DNA of 64,000 nucleotides from a virus: IMG/VR virus record IMGVR_UViG_3300034137_000032, positions 1 to 64,000 of that record; one strand, 5' to 3'. Shown piece by piece: positions 63,770 to 64,000 of this stretch (position 1 is its first letter; each line of letters starts with the position of its first letter). The notes under the pieces were generated by a model. It saw only the letters and a program-made list of their open reading frames with translations, ran no database searches and was not told where the DNA came from. The position numbers and the translations under genes were made by a program.

Positions 63770-64000
63770 TCAGCGACGACGCTCAAAGAATCGATCGGCT
63801 TCGGGAGTGTTCACGCGCGGCGCCTGGGGCTTGGCTTCAGGCTGCAGCTGCGCCAGATCCTCGTGCAGGAAGTCCCGCGCGCTGTCGAACAGATTGACGG
63901 TGCCCGGGGCGGGAATCCGGCCGATGTCCATGACGCCGTCCAGCACAACGGACGTCTTGCCTGTCTTTTTGGCCAGCATGCTGATCAGCACGGTGTTTTC
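63770..64000 (-). CDS. C-terminal part of a head-associated protein (5' end outside window)
   Basis: Frame open to the window edge; contains VLDGV and LFDSA motifs. Confidence 0.55.
   Translation of the reverse strand, partial: ENTVLISMLAKKTGKTSVVLDGVMDIGRIPAPGTVNLFDSARDFLHEDLAQLQPEAKPQAPRVNTPEADRFFERRR

Overview
The whole 64 kb window is phage DNA with no host housekeeping genes. It is a GC-rich temperate myovirus, probably of a Pseudomonas-like gammaproteobacterium (inferred from rdgC, a umuD'-like gene and its neighbours, and codon style). Left arm (1-19.6 kb): terminase small subunit, a ~1.5 kb ORF-poor structured-RNA region with two tRNAs and HU, nin-like genes (DUF1367, DUF1064-like nuclease, PAPS-reductase family, Ref), lambdoid O/P-like replication genes with iterons, a divergent pair of paralogous repressors, RecT/YqaJ/RdgC, xis, a tyrosine integrase and a putative attP. 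Right arm (20-64 kb, mostly minus strand): lysis cassette (GH19 endolysin, holin-like genes, an outer-membrane beta-barrel), P1-like head/tail genes, a P1 Dar-like set of head-packaged proteins (DarA, DdrA/DdrB-like, Hdf), an accessory island (aerolysin/ETX-MTX2-like protein, Sel1-repeat protein, UmuD', GHKL ATPase), baseplate, repeat-rich tail fibre and Sit-like tape measure. Best leads: (1) an array of conserved-scaffold, variable-interior twin-hairpin RNA units next to the tRNAs; (2) an AT-rich aerolysin-fold pore-former moron; (3) shared short tags on head-cargo proteins (a 45-aa N-terminal motif, identical MSDFIR starts, a duplicated C-terminal domain, recurrent LD[S/G/A] motifs); (4) a nine-copy late-promoter motif, GGAAA-N29/30-(T/C)AnnnT; (5) a beta-barrel where spanins would be expected. 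Family names come from recalled motifs and P1 synteny, not database searches.
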